Part shown: positions 29,229 to 38,750 of the stretch, one piece after another
How positions within the stretch are numbered: position 1 is the stretch's first letter
Layout of the letters: every line of letters begins with the position of its first letter
Virus record (IMG/VR): IMGVR_UViG_3300005613_000011
Location: 49,267-113,266 of that record
Length of the DNA: 64,000 nt
From: a virus
Strand: one strand, 5' to 3'
The notes under the pieces: model-generated
What the model was told of the DNA's origin: nothing
Database searches by the model: none
What the model saw: only the letters and a program-made list of their open reading frames with translations
Translations under genes and position numbers: made by a program

Positions 29229-30230
29229 ATGCCAAAGGAAAATGTGGATCAACACGAAGATGCATACAAGATTATGGGAACAAAGGAATTCAATGACGAG
29301 CTAATAGCTCTTCTAAAGATCCGCGCTCCGGTTGTTTTTCTCACCTGTCGTGAAGAAAAACGTATGCTGAATTATTTTAGGCATCTTTCTGAGGCTAGAG
29401 GTTTTAAGACGTATACGTGGGATCTTTGTAACGGTATTAGAAATCTGATCAGCGGCAAGCAGGAAAAAACAACTGGGGACGATTGTACTGAACCAGACAA
29501 TGCCTTGAATGTCATGATAGAGGAAGCAAGTAATGACAAAGATCAAAGAGTGAAGCTTGAAGCAAGCAAAATAAAAGGTAAGATTTATTTATTGCTGGAT
29601 TTTTATAAGTTTCTAGATGAACCAACTACTGAGCGTAGAATAAAAGAGTTTTCCAAAATCGATTCTATGACAACTATTATTTTGACCGGCCCGACTCTTG
29701 ATTTGCCAGTAAGTATTGAGAATCTATTCAGCGTCCTTGATTTTCCTTACCCTAACAATGAGGAAATCAGAGGTTCGATTACTAATCTTTTGAAAGCTGT
29801 TAAAAAGGAAAAGGTTGATCTGCATGATAAGTTGCAGAAACAGTTTAAAAAGGAACAGCATGAGATAATTGGTTCGGTTACAGGTTTGACACTTTCTGAA
29901 GCTCAAAAAGCGTTGTCTAAATCTGTTGTTGTAAAAGCCTCATTTGATATACCATCTATTCTTGCGGAGAAGAAGCAATATATTCGCAGGCGTGGTATTT
30001 TGGAATATTACGAACCCAATCTGACTATGGCAGATGTTGGTGGTTTGCATAGAATGGTCAGGTGGTTGAAGCACAGAAAGCTGGCGTTTAGTCCCGAAGC
30101 CAGAGAGTTCGGGATTCCAGCCTTAAAAGGTTTTCTTGCAGCTGGTGTTCCTGGATGCGTACTAGCTGATACGAAAATCATGATAAAAAAGATTTCTAGC
30201 GAAGGAAAACATAAAGTTATCGAATTTTAG
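29229..30230 (+). CDS. AAA+ ATPase (Ycf46-like), N-terminal part fused to a 24-aa N-intein
   Basis: GLTLSEA, AEKKQYIRRRGILEYY, DVGGL, GIPALKGFLAAGVPG then CVLADTKI...; stops inside Walker A. Confidence 0.88.
   Translation: MPKENVDQHEDAYKIMGTKEFNDELIALLKIRAPVVFLTCREEKRMLNYFRHLSEARGFKTYTWDLCNGIRNLISGKQEKTTGDDCTEPDNALNVMIEEASNDKDQRVKLEASKIKGKIYLLLDFYKFLDEPTTERRIKEFSKIDSMTTIILTGPTLDLPVSIENLFSVLDFPYPNNEEIRGSITNLLKAVKKEKVDLHDKLQKQFKKEQHEIIGSVTGLTLSEAQKALSKSVVVKASFDIPSILAEKKQYIRRRGILEYYEPNLTMADVGGLHRMVRWLKHRKLAFSPEAREFGIPALKGFLAAGVPGCVLADTKIMIKKISSEGKHKVIEF
30156..30227 (+). mobile_element. Split intein N-fragment (IntN, 24 aa)
   Basis: CVLADTKIMIKK is an intein block A directly after GVPG; TAG at 30228-30. 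Confidence 0.85.
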
Positions 30231-30282
30231 AAGTTTAAGAGAGATTTCAGAAAACCACCAAGAAGCAGATGGAGAAACTATT

Positions 30283-30660
30283 ATGCAAATTGGAGAAGAA
30301 ACAGAGATTACAATATCTGATTTTTTTAAATTAACAGCAAAAGAAGGAGGGAAATACAAGGTGAGTACACCAGATGGGTGGTGTGATTTAGGAGAACTGG
30401 TCAAGAAAAAGAACAAGAAGTGTTATTCGATTAGGCTTGATAATGGAATGGCAATGGCTGGTTCTGAAGATCACTTAGTTGAGACAAAAGAAGGATGGAA
30501 AAAACTCAAAGATTTAGAAGTTGAAAACGATATGATTTTAACGTCTGATGGTTTTTGTGAGTTAGTTACTATAGAAAGTATTGGTGTTCATGATACTTAT
30601 GATTTCGAGGTTTTGAGTGAAAAACACAGGTATTTTGCGAATGGAATTGTATCACACAAT
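30283..30660 (+). mobile_element. Split intein C-fragment (IntC, 126 aa, no endonuclease)
   Basis: VSTPDGW, block B SEDH, block F TYDFEV, block G YFANGIVSHN followed by Ser(+1). Confidence 0.9.
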
Positions 30661-31386
30661 TCAGGTAAAAGCTTGATTGCAAAGGCATGTTCTAGCGAAT
30701 ACGGGATTCCTTTGCTCCGTCTTGATTTTGGAGCGTTGTTTAGATCACATGTTGGAGAATCAGAGGCCACAACAAGAGATGCTATTAAACTGGCCGAGGC
30801 ATGTGCTCCGAGCGCCCTTTGGTGTGATGAAGTAGAAAAAGGCTTGTCAGGAACTAAGTCAAGCGGTTCGACGGACGGTGGTACTACCGATAGGGTTGTG
30901 TCTACTTTTTTGACTTGGATGCAAGAAAAGACATCTGAGGTCTTTGTGGTGGCAACTGCAAATGATATAGAAAAGATTCCCGTTCCATTTTACAGGCGTT
31001 TTGATGAAATCTTTTTCGTAGATTTTCCGAATAAGGAAGAAAGGGTAGAAATCGCTCAGGTGTTGTTGAGAAGATACAAAAGGGATTATAAGAAATTTGA
31101 TTGTGAAAGAATTGCTGAACTATCTAATTTGTATACCGGATCAGAAATAGAGAAGGCAATTACTATCGGGCTGTTTGAAGCGTTCGAACATAAAAGAAAA
31201 TTGACTACGGATGATATTGTCAATGCTTTTAATACGTTTACTCCTCAATATAAAATGAGGGAAGAGTATTTTGATAATATGAGAGATCATGCACAATCTT
31301 GTGGTTTTGTATTTGCGAACGAAGAAGTAAAAGAAAGTGCTGAAGGCGCCGGGGGCGATAGTATAGGAATAGATTTAAGCGAATAA
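30283..31386 (+). CDS. AAA+ ATPase C-terminal part preceded by a 126-aa C-intein
   Basis: GGAGA RBS 7 nt before ATG; HN/SGKS junction; Walker B LWCDEVEK, ATAN, RRFDEIFFVD, YTGSEIE. Confidence 0.9.
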   Translation: MQIGEETEITISDFFKLTAKEGGKYKVSTPDGWCDLGELVKKKNKKCYSIRLDNGMAMAGSEDHLVETKEGWKKLKDLEVENDMILTSDGFCELVTIESIGVHDTYDFEVLSEKHRYFANGIVSHNSGKSLIAKACSSEYGIPLLRLDFGALFRSHVGESEATTRDAIKLAEACAPSALWCDEVEKGLSGTKSSGSTDGGTTDRVVSTFLTWMQEKTSEVFVVATANDIEKIPVPFYRRFDEIFFVDFPNKEERVEIAQVLLRRYKRDYKKFDCERIAELSNLYTGSEIEKAITIGLFEAFEHKRKLTTDDIVNAFNTFTPQYKMREEYFDNMRDHAQSCGFVFANEEVKESAEGAGGDSIGIDLSE

Positions 31387-31420
31387 AAGATAAATTTGTT
31401 ATATCCGTATTAATTAAAAC

Positions 31421-32218
31421 GTGAAAGATATATCTAATATTAAATCTAAGTACGAGAAGTATTATGCCAAGAAATGTTTTGGCGGGACTAGTATATCTCT
31501 TTGTCCACATGGGGAGAAGTGTGTATGTAAGATAGCTGCTGAAATCAGAGCTTACATGCATTGTATCATACCCCATCCATATTACAAATATACGATATGG
31601 GATTTTACTGGTTTAATAAATCGGAAAATGGCGTTACCAGCGAAAGTTGTTAGTGACGCAAAAGAAGTTTTACTTAATTATTGCTGGTATGGTGTGACTT
31701 TGGACGATTTACAACTCTATGCGAATAACAAAGATGAATTGAAATTAGATCAAAAATCCATAATGAATGCCAGGCGTACAAATGGTACTAATTTGATTAT
31801 ATATTCTCCTAGCAAATCACAAACAGGGAAAACTCTTTTGGCTTCTATAGCAATGAGAGAAGCAATAAAGCAGAGATCGAAACCAGGTCATTTTGTTGAT
31901 ACATATGACTGGATATCATTTGTTATGCTTAAGGACTTAATAAGGAAAAAGAGCGATAAAGTTTCATATCTCGAATCTTGTGATTGGTTGGTGGTAGATA
32001 ATATTGTTAATGATACCGGAGTCTCCAGGGCATCCGAATCTTACATCTCTTCTATAATAGATCCGTTTTTTACCGAAAGACTAGAAGACGGATTTCCGAC
32101 AATATTTGTATTTAAGTTTGATATAGAAGAAGAATCGATTAGATGGGAAGAAAAATTTGGTTTGGCTATAGCAAATGTAGTTAAGAATTATTCAAAATAT
32201 AAAATAAAATTGTTTTGA
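31421..32218 (+). CDS. DnaC/IstB-like ATPase (putative helicase loader)
   Basis: SQTGKT Walker A, LVVDN Walker B, R...PTI; N-terminal Cys cluster; directly upstream of DnaB. Confidence 0.7.
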   Translation: MKDISNIKSKYEKYYAKKCFGGTSISLCPHGEKCVCKIAAEIRAYMHCIIPHPYYKYTIWDFTGLINRKMALPAKVVSDAKEVLLNYCWYGVTLDDLQLYANNKDELKLDQKSIMNARRTNGTNLIIYSPSKSQTGKTLLASIAMREAIKQRSKPGHFVDTYDWISFVMLKDLIRKKSDKVSYLESCDWLVVDNIVNDTGVSRASESYISSIIDPFFTERLEDGFPTIFVFKFDIEEESIRWEEKFGLAIANVVKNYSKYKIKLF

Positions 32219-32219
32219 T

Positions 32220-33725
32220 ATGAGTGAAAAAGATAAACTACAAAACGAGATGGACTTTTTGAGTCTGTTGTTAAGGCACAAAGATCTTGTTGATGAATGG
32301 ATATCAGAAGGACCGGAGATTAAATTCTTTGATGAAATTCATCATCCTATTCTCGATGCTGTAAGAGTTGCATTTAATCAAAATGTGTTGTTAACAAGAA
32401 GGCAATTTGTAGATATACTGAAAGCTGGACCATATAAAAAAGTCGATATTATCTCCCAAGAGTATCTCTATAATAGGATCAATCATAATATCTCAAATGC
32501 CAAAAGAGATGATTTTTATCATTTGAGATCTAAGATTGTAGAATCTCACATTTCTAAATATATAGTCTCTTATATAGACGATTATAGCAGGGAATTGAAG
32601 GATAAAGGAGGGTTGTTTGCATCAAAGAAATTATCTTCTCGCTTGTCTCGTTTGATGGTTGACAGTGAAGATACAAAGCAAGCCGTTTACGAGGATGTTC
32701 GTGAATATTATCCTGACTATATCAAAGAGATAGAAGAAAAAGCATCTAAAGAAGATGAAGATATTATTACTTGTGGGATTAAAGAGATAGATTATGCTAT
32801 GGTCGTTGGTTTTGCCCCTGGTACTTTGACATTGTTTTGTGCAGATGTTGGAGCTTATAAAAGTACTATGATGCTAAACATAGCCGTTAACATATGGAAA
32901 TCTGGCGATAAAAATGTTTTAGTTGTCCCTCTTGAGATGCCGAGAAGTCTATGGTTACAAAAAATGATGTCAAGAGAGACAAAGATACCATTTGATAAAA
33001 TCCAACATCCAAAGATGCTTAATGAAGAGGATTGGAATAAATTAAAAAATGAGAGTCAAAAATGGGATAATTTGAAAAAGTTCTATATTATGGAGGCACC
33101 TGAAAGAATACCTATCTCATATTTGAGAAGAGAAATTGAAAAACATATAGACAGTTTTAAACCTGATGTAGTTATAGTTGATTATATTGCCAATTTGGTA
33201 TCCGAGAGAAGCTGGGAATCTCTTAGAAGTGACGAACAAATAGGTAATATGCTTAAAGATTTGCGCCAGCTTGGTCGTCCTGGCGGGATGGGTCTACATA
33301 AGGGAGGTTTTTCTGTTATTTCTGGAGCACAAATAAACAGGGAAGGGTTGAAGAGATATAGGAAAAGTGGAGCAGTTAAAGGAAGTTTCTTTTCCGAAGA
33401 CATTCACGGTTCTCATCAGTATTCAGCAGACGCAGATAATATTTTCGGACAGATGAAAGATATGAGCAATAGTGATCGTTTGCATATATTTGTCATAAAG
33501 ACCAGGTATGGAAGAGGAATTTTCCCGAACGGTTCCAGTAAAACTGCTCTTGAGGTACAGGGGAATATAGGTCTTATTAAAGGGGAGAATACTGATTGGA
33601 TTGACGAGATAGCTCAAGAAACTATTCTGTCGAAAGTTGACGATCCTTTAGAAGACTTTGATGCCAGCGAACTTGGTTTGGTCACTGATGGAGATTTGCC
33701 TTGGGGAGATATTGAGAAGATATGA
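32220..33725 (+). CDS. dnaB: DnaB-like replicative helicase
   Basis: GAYKST, PLEM, VIVDY, AQINR, ADAD, KTRYG. Confidence 0.88.
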   Translation: MSEKDKLQNEMDFLSLLLRHKDLVDEWISEGPEIKFFDEIHHPILDAVRVAFNQNVLLTRRQFVDILKAGPYKKVDIISQEYLYNRINHNISNAKRDDFYHLRSKIVESHISKYIVSYIDDYSRELKDKGGLFASKKLSSRLSRLMVDSEDTKQAVYEDVREYYPDYIKEIEEKASKEDEDIITCGIKEIDYAMVVGFAPGTLTLFCADVGAYKSTMMLNIAVNIWKSGDKNVLVVPLEMPRSLWLQKMMSRETKIPFDKIQHPKMLNEEDWNKLKNESQKWDNLKKFYIMEAPERIPISYLRREIEKHIDSFKPDVVIVDYIANLVSERSWESLRSDEQIGNMLKDLRQLGRPGGMGLHKGGFSVISGAQINREGLKRYRKSGAVKGSFFSEDIHGSHQYSADADNIFGQMKDMSNSDRLHIFVIKTRYGRGIFPNGSSKTALEVQGNIGLIKGENTDWIDEIAQETILSKVDDPLEDFDASELGLVTDGDLPWGDIEKI

Positions 33726-34402
33726 TGAGAGACAGTCTACATACACTTCATTCTATTAGAAAAAAACATAAGATAGTTGACTATCTCGATTCTAAGGGAA
33801 TTCAACCAGTAGGATCTTATGGAGATAAATTCTCTTACCTGTGTCCTCTCCATAAAGAATCTCAGCCTTCTTTCGTAGTATATTTGCCACAAAAAGAAGA
33901 TGAATATGAGAATTATTTTTGTTTTGGATGCAAACAAAACGGTTGCATTATATCTTTGTATTCAAAATTAGAGAGTGTCTCTTGGAAAGATGCGATCATT
34001 GCGCTTTCAGATGATTTGGAAATTACTGAAACAAGTGAAATAGATTTTCTTGTCAAAATATTAAATAATCAGATTGGCAACGAAGATCCTAATGATGTAA
34101 ATGAAATTGGCAGATTGTCTCTTAGCCTAAGTCTTATCGGGTATATGCATGCCAAGTACACAAAATGCGATACTGAAGAAATGGAATTTCTTGAAAATTT
34201 TTACAGGAAAATTGATGAAATAGTTGAAAAAGAAAGTTTAGAAGACATGCAAAAATTATATCTTTATGTTATGGATAAAATAGTGGAGAAAAGAGACGGA
34301 GAAGAATTGACTCCATTTTTGTATAGGCAAAAAGAGTGGGAAAACCGAGAAAGACAGAAAATAATAGAATGTGCTAAGGCATATGAAAGGATAGGTAATT
34401 GA
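33722..34402 (+). CDS. Stand-alone DnaG-type CHC2 zinc-binding domain protein
   Basis: CPLHKESQPSF...YFCFGC; no TOPRIM domain. Confidence 0.85.
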   Translation: MMRDSLHTLHSIRKKHKIVDYLDSKGIQPVGSYGDKFSYLCPLHKESQPSFVVYLPQKEDEYENYFCFGCKQNGCIISLYSKLESVSWKDAIIALSDDLEITETSEIDFLVKILNNQIGNEDPNDVNEIGRLSLSLSLIGYMHAKYTKCDTEEMEFLENFYRKIDEIVEKESLEDMQKLYLYVMDKIVEKRDGEELTPFLYRQKEWENRERQKIIECAKAYERIGN

Positions 34403-35283
34403 ATATCATTAATACTATTATAAATAAGGATGTTTTAGAAGGTCTCAAAGATATAACAGACGAAATTGTTTCGTTGACAACTACCTCACCTCCGTATAAC
34501 GTTTTAAGTGGTTCAAAAAATTATGATTCTATAGACGATGATTTGCCATATAAAGAATATCTTGATTGGCTTAAGAAAGTTTTTACTGAAGTATTCAGAG
34601 TGACACGCCCCGGCGGTAGGTGCGCTATTAATATTGACGCAATGACCAACAGGCAAGACGATAAAGATCAAGAATATGTAAGATGCATATATGCACATTT
34701 ATATAACATAATGACAGAAATAGGTTGGAAGTTCAGGACTGAAATTTGCTGGTATAAGCAAAATACTGTTGGGAAAAAAACAGCTCATGGTAGTTGGGAC
34801 TCGTGTTCTAACCCTGTTATTAAGAGAAACCATGAATATGTTCTTGTATTTTCAAAAGATTCTTGGAGACTGGAAGGAGATGATGAGTTATCTGATATGA
34901 CTTCGGAAGAATTTCTTAGGTATACTATGAGCTGTTGGGGAGTTGAGAATAAAGACAGAATCGCTCCTGAAACTAGGAATCTTTGTGGTCATCCATGCCC
35001 ATTTTGTGAAGAACTTGTCAAGCGTTTGATAAAGCTATTTTCTTATCGTGGGGATTTGGTACTTGATCCTTTTAATGGGACTGGCACTACAACTTGTGTA
35101 GCAAAAAAACTATCAAGGAATTATATAGGAATAGATATAAGCGAAGATTATTGCGAGTATGCCAGGCAACGTACCGCTCAAGTGATTGATCTATTTGAGG
35201 TAAAATATATTCCTAGATCTGAAAGATTAAAACGAAAAAAAAAGAAAGAAGAAAAAGTAGAGGATATGTTTGCAAGTGACTGA
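34399..35283 (+). CDS. DNA methyltransferase, beta class (N4-C/N6-A)
   Basis: TSPPY, HPCPF, VLDPFNGTGTT, GIDIS. Confidence 0.92.
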   Translation: MNIINTIINKDVLEGLKDITDEIVSLTTTSPPYNVLSGSKNYDSIDDDLPYKEYLDWLKKVFTEVFRVTRPGGRCAINIDAMTNRQDDKDQEYVRCIYAHLYNIMTEIGWKFRTEICWYKQNTVGKKTAHGSWDSCSNPVIKRNHEYVLVFSKDSWRLEGDDELSDMTSEEFLRYTMSCWGVENKDRIAPETRNLCGHPCPFCEELVKRLIKLFSYRGDLVLDPFNGTGTTTCVAKKLSRNYIGIDISEDYCEYARQRTAQVIDLFEVKYIPRSERLKRKKKKEEKVEDMFASD

Positions 35284-35746
35284 ACCTGAGAATAATTTTG
35301 AATTTGAATTACACTTTTCTGACCTGACTATACTTGAAGGTGATGGAGAGTATGCTGAGGTCAAAAAGATCATGGAAAGTGGATTGTATAAGGACGCTAC
35401 ATGGATGTTGCGTTCTGATTTGACTATAGATTTTCCTGCTGGTTCTTGTATACTGATTTTACATTTCTATAGTGACGGGAATATATATATAATGGATTAC
35501 AAGTCGTCAGTATCGGATGTATTTTACAACCCTGACATACCTTGTATCTCGATGTGGGCGCAGGAAAATGGTTGGAATATTCCTCAGCCTCATCCTGACC
35601 TGATTAAGACAGGACTAGATTTCTGGAAGCATTTTTGGGATACGAGAATTATTGATTCTGATTATTTAGACCAGAAATACGGAGAAAGACATATTGTCGA
35701 TTATGTCGATGATGATATAGACGACGATATAGAGGAAGATAAATGA
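35270..35746 (+). CDS. Hypothetical acidic protein
   Basis: Overlap-coupled ORF. Confidence 0.55.
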   Translation: MQVTEPENNFEFELHFSDLTILEGDGEYAEVKKIMESGLYKDATWMLRSDLTIDFPAGSCILILHFYSDGNIYIMDYKSSVSDVFYNPDIPCISMWAQENGWNIPQPHPDLIKTGLDFWKHFWDTRIIDSDYLDQKYGERHIVDYVDDDIDDDIEEDK

Positions 35747-35967
35747 GAACCGTTTCTTGTCCATTTTGCGGTAAAGCATATGATATAGAATATGATCATT
35801 TTTTTGGTAAGATATGTAAATGTGGATTTGATATACCTCCAGATGAAGACATTGATCTTGTTAAAAAAAATAAAATAAAGAATGAAGAATTAAAGCAAAT
35901 AGCTATTGGTTCTGTAAAAGCCAAATACTCTTTTTTGAAGAGTATGAATCGTGAGGTTCAAAGGTAA
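35743..35967 (+). CDS. Small zinc-ribbon protein
   Basis: CPFC and CKC. Confidence 0.5.
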   Translation: MRTVSCPFCGKAYDIEYDHFFGKICKCGFDIPPDEDIDLVKKNKIKNEELKQIAIGSVKAKYSFLKSMNREVQR

Positions 35968-35970
35968 TTA

Positions 35971-36024
35971 CTTGGTTAGGGATCTTTAACTAGGAAAGTT
36001 AATGCAGAAGTTATTAGAAAAGTT
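35971..36024 (+). repeat. Orphan fragment of the IscB omega-RNA
   Basis: Aligns with 25861-25915, including the identical 23-mer ATGCAGAAGTTATTAGAAAAGTT. Confidence 0.75.
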
Positions 36025-36041
36025 TAAAAGGAAATTTCGAC

Positions 36042-36578
36042 ATGATTAATTCCGACAATAAAAAAGTGACTGTTGATTTTATTTGGACTTCACCATCTTT
36101 AAAAGATGTTACGTTTCATATTAAACATCATCATACTGAGGAATATGGACCGACTATATCAATCTCTCAAGATGCTGATTCGTTTTATGCGTTTCCGGCA
36201 GGAATGTTTGCAGAGATAGTTGATTTTTTGCGTTCAGAGGGAGTTATGAAGCAGGGAGATGTTAAGGTTAAAGAAATCCCACAAGAAAAGAAGAGCAAAT
36301 TGTCTGTCCCTGTAATTGAAAATGTTTCAGGGGGGAAAGAACAGGAACCTGATATTGCACCTATTCTTGAAGTAAAAGGAGAGCCAGTAGAGACGTTTTT
36401 TGATGGTGGTTCACAAAAATCGTCACAGGAGCCACAGTATACCCCAGGATCAACTAAAGTTGATAAACTGGCGTCAGATACGGATGCTGAAGACATGGCT
36501 TTAGAGCGGCAAACCGCTGCTAGTAAAGCTAAAAAGACACCTGGTTTTAAACTCTCTCATAAGTCTAAAGAAGAATAG
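36042..36578 (+). CDS. Hypothetical protein with low-complexity C-terminus
   Basis: AAGGA RBS; 178 aa. Confidence 0.6.
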   Translation: MINSDNKKVTVDFIWTSPSLKDVTFHIKHHHTEEYGPTISISQDADSFYAFPAGMFAEIVDFLRSEGVMKQGDVKVKEIPQEKKSKLSVPVIENVSGGKEQEPDIAPILEVKGEPVETFFDGGSQKSSQEPQYTPGSTKVDKLASDTDAEDMALERQTAASKAKKTPGFKLSHKSKEE

Positions 36579-36581
36579 TAG

Positions 36582-36797
36582 ATGGAATATAAATGTGAAA
36601 CTATTTCGTTGCAGAAAATGTTGATAGGACCGAAGGGATCTCTTGAACCTCTTTGTAATATTTGTAAAGCAAAAGATTGTACAAACCCTGTCCAGTGGCA
36701 GAATATCAGTATAATGGGGGTAAAAAAGAAGTTTAAAATACTTACAGTAGGTGATTACTACTATGCCGTAATAAAGTGCGAAGGATTCCTGCCATGA
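36582..36797 (+). CDS. Small Cys-rich hypothetical protein
   Basis: CNIC...C...C. Confidence 0.5.
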   Translation: MEYKCETISLQKMLIGPKGSLEPLCNICKAKDCTNPVQWQNISIMGVKKKFKILTVGDYYYAVIKCEGFLP

Positions 36798-37606
36798 GAA
36801 AATTTTCTATAAAAGATTGGCTCAGTTACAAAAAGGCTAGAGACGTTGCTTATAAAGCACAATACAATCTTTCTATGGACAGGATGAAGAAAGTTAAATC
36901 CAGTTTTTCCACCAAGATTATAAAATATAAAGATTGTAAAAAGGCTTATGATTATGTTGATAAACTTTTCCCGAAAGCAGAAGTAAAAAAGGTCACAATA
37001 TATCGTGTTTCTCAAAGTTGCCTTAACAGAATCGGCCTCAAAGGTGTCGGAGGTTGTTATGATCGAATATCTCAGATCGTAGTTGTTGCCGAAGACATGG
37101 ATTTTTCTCACAGCAAAAAGAAGGACTCTACCTGGTCAACTATTGTAGCCAAAGCGGAAACTGACGAAGTTGTTGTACACGAGCTTCTCCATTATGTATC
37201 AATGCATAATAAAGGTCGTGTAACAAGCATGCACATGGAAGAAGAATTTGCCTATGGAAACTCTCTTGCATATTTGAAAGCGAATGGTCGTGATGATGAC
37301 GATATTATCAATAATAATTTTCTTCCATACTTTATGACTGCTGTTGATAGTAGAAAGATAGCTAGAAAAGTACTTGCTAAAAATGGATACGATATTTCAG
37401 AAGTAGCAACTAAGACTGAGAGCGAAAGAAAAAAGATCTTCAAGAAAGTTGACAAGGAACTTTTTGGAGAGACAAAGAAACAAGCGATAGTCAGAGCAAA
37501 AGAATTAATGCGCATATATTCGGGAAATTATATTGATGCCGAAGATGCTGTCGTCGATAATAGTAATGATAATGAATTTAGCATGATTGATTTTGGAGAA
37601 TTTTAA
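36794..37606 (+). CDS. HExxH zinc-metalloprotease-like protein
   Basis: VHELLHY followed by EEEFAY; likely start is ATG 36794. Confidence 0.65.
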   Translation: MRKFSIKDWLSYKKARDVAYKAQYNLSMDRMKKVKSSFSTKIIKYKDCKKAYDYVDKLFPKAEVKKVTIYRVSQSCLNRIGLKGVGGCYDRISQIVVVAEDMDFSHSKKKDSTWSTIVAKAETDEVVVHELLHYVSMHNKGRVTSMHMEEEFAYGNSLAYLKANGRDDDDIINNNFLPYFMTAVDSRKIARKVLAKNGYDISEVATKTESERKKIFKKVDKELFGETKKQAIVRAKELMRIYSGNYIDAEDAVVDNSNDNEFSMIDFGEF

Positions 37607-37643
37607 CATACCAATCTATTGCAATTAAATAGGAAACGAGAAA

Positions 37644-37838
37644 ATGGCGAATGAAGTTCAGTGTGATAAGTGTATAAATATTATAACAAAAGAGTTTTCC
37701 GGCTCTATTGCTGACAGAGTAGGCCGGTTGGTGTCAGAAATTATGAAAGAAGACATGATTGGTTGTAAAATTAACGATAAAATTAAGAGTTACTTAGATG
37801 CGAAGCGTCTTTGTCCTCTTAAGAAAGAAGTCGATTAG
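37644..37838 (+). CDS. Small hypothetical protein
   Basis: 64 aa with CDKC...C...CP. Confidence 0.45.
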   Translation: MANEVQCDKCINIITKEFSGSIADRVGRLVSEIMKEDMIGCKINDKIKSYLDAKRLCPLKKEVD

Positions 37839-38640
37839 GTTTTTTCTTTTTTACTGGATAAGCAGAGCGATATTTTTTCCAGACATTGTATTTTCTGTTC
37901 AGGTAAATTGATGCATCCGAATAAAGCCATTGAAGAATCTGTTCGCATTGTTTTGAACCACCGATTTCTAGAATGTATGCCTTGCCAGTTCTTTGATATT
38001 TTTTAGATTTATAATTAAATATGGTTATGAAAAAGGATTGTAAACTATCAAGAAAATTCTTAGTTCCTATGGTGAAGATTCTCATTTGTGGTGTGTTTTG
38101 GTTTTTTCTACAAATATTTATACACCCATCGCCATCAAAATATCCTCGTATAAAATGATTCAACAGAAAATTTGGAATGTTTGGAAATTTTAATTTTAAA
38201 CTTTTTCTTGGTATGCATCCGTGTTTAATAAGATCATTACATAGTATGTTAGAATAATGTCTACTTTCAATAATTTCTCTACCGTCTTTTAGTTTGTATT
38301 TTCTAGCTTTGATTTTTGAGTCAAGAAAGGTATGAAATTTTTTAAAATGTATTTCATCTTTTCCTGCTAATTTAAGGTGAAACCACTTTGTGTTTCCTTT
38401 AACGTTTATATATCCATCTGCCATTAAAAACCCAAGCCAATATGAGGTTTGTTCATTTTTAATGGTTTTGAAAGCGTGTTCGTTAAACCTTACATTCTTT
38501 TTGGTTAAATTGTGTTTTTTTAAATGGTAATAAAAACCGTTTCTTGATAAACCAACTAATTTGGCTATTTCTGGTACAGGTTTGTTAAAATTGTTATCAA
38601 GGAGTTTTAGTAATTCAGATTTTGTAAATTTATGTTTCAT
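37819..38640 (-). CDS. Free-standing double-motif LAGLIDADG homing endonuclease with N-terminal HTH
   Basis: YWLGFLMADG and FIRGYFDGDG motifs; YLNRKY end. Confidence 0.9.
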   Translation of the reverse strand: MKHKFTKSELLKLLDNNFNKPVPEIAKLVGLSRNGFYYHLKKHNLTKKNVRFNEHAFKTIKNEQTSYWLGFLMADGYINVKGNTKWFHLKLAGKDEIHFKKFHTFLDSKIKARKYKLKDGREIIESRHYSNILCNDLIKHGCIPRKSLKLKFPNIPNFLLNHFIRGYFDGDGCINICRKNQNTPQMRIFTIGTKNFLDSLQSFFITIFNYKSKKYQRTGKAYILEIGGSKQCEQILQWLYSDASIYLNRKYNVWKKYRSAYPVKKKKPNRLLS

Positions 38641-38750
38641 ACTTGTGTATTACTTATAAGGCATAAATATCCTTTAAATAATTTGATAATTTTTTATATT
38701 ATTTGCCGATAATTAATTGAAATAATTTAGAATTTATAGGAGTATTGGGC

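Noticed and set aside
30180-30282. Programmed +1 frameshift joining the two ATPase genes
   Set aside because: Cannot be excluded, but the dedicated RBS/ATG at 30283 and a break at a known atypical split position favour two genes.
37819-38640. Group I intron around the LAGLIDADG gene
   Set aside because: The gene is antisense and intergenic, and the flanking ORFs do not look like two exons of one gene.
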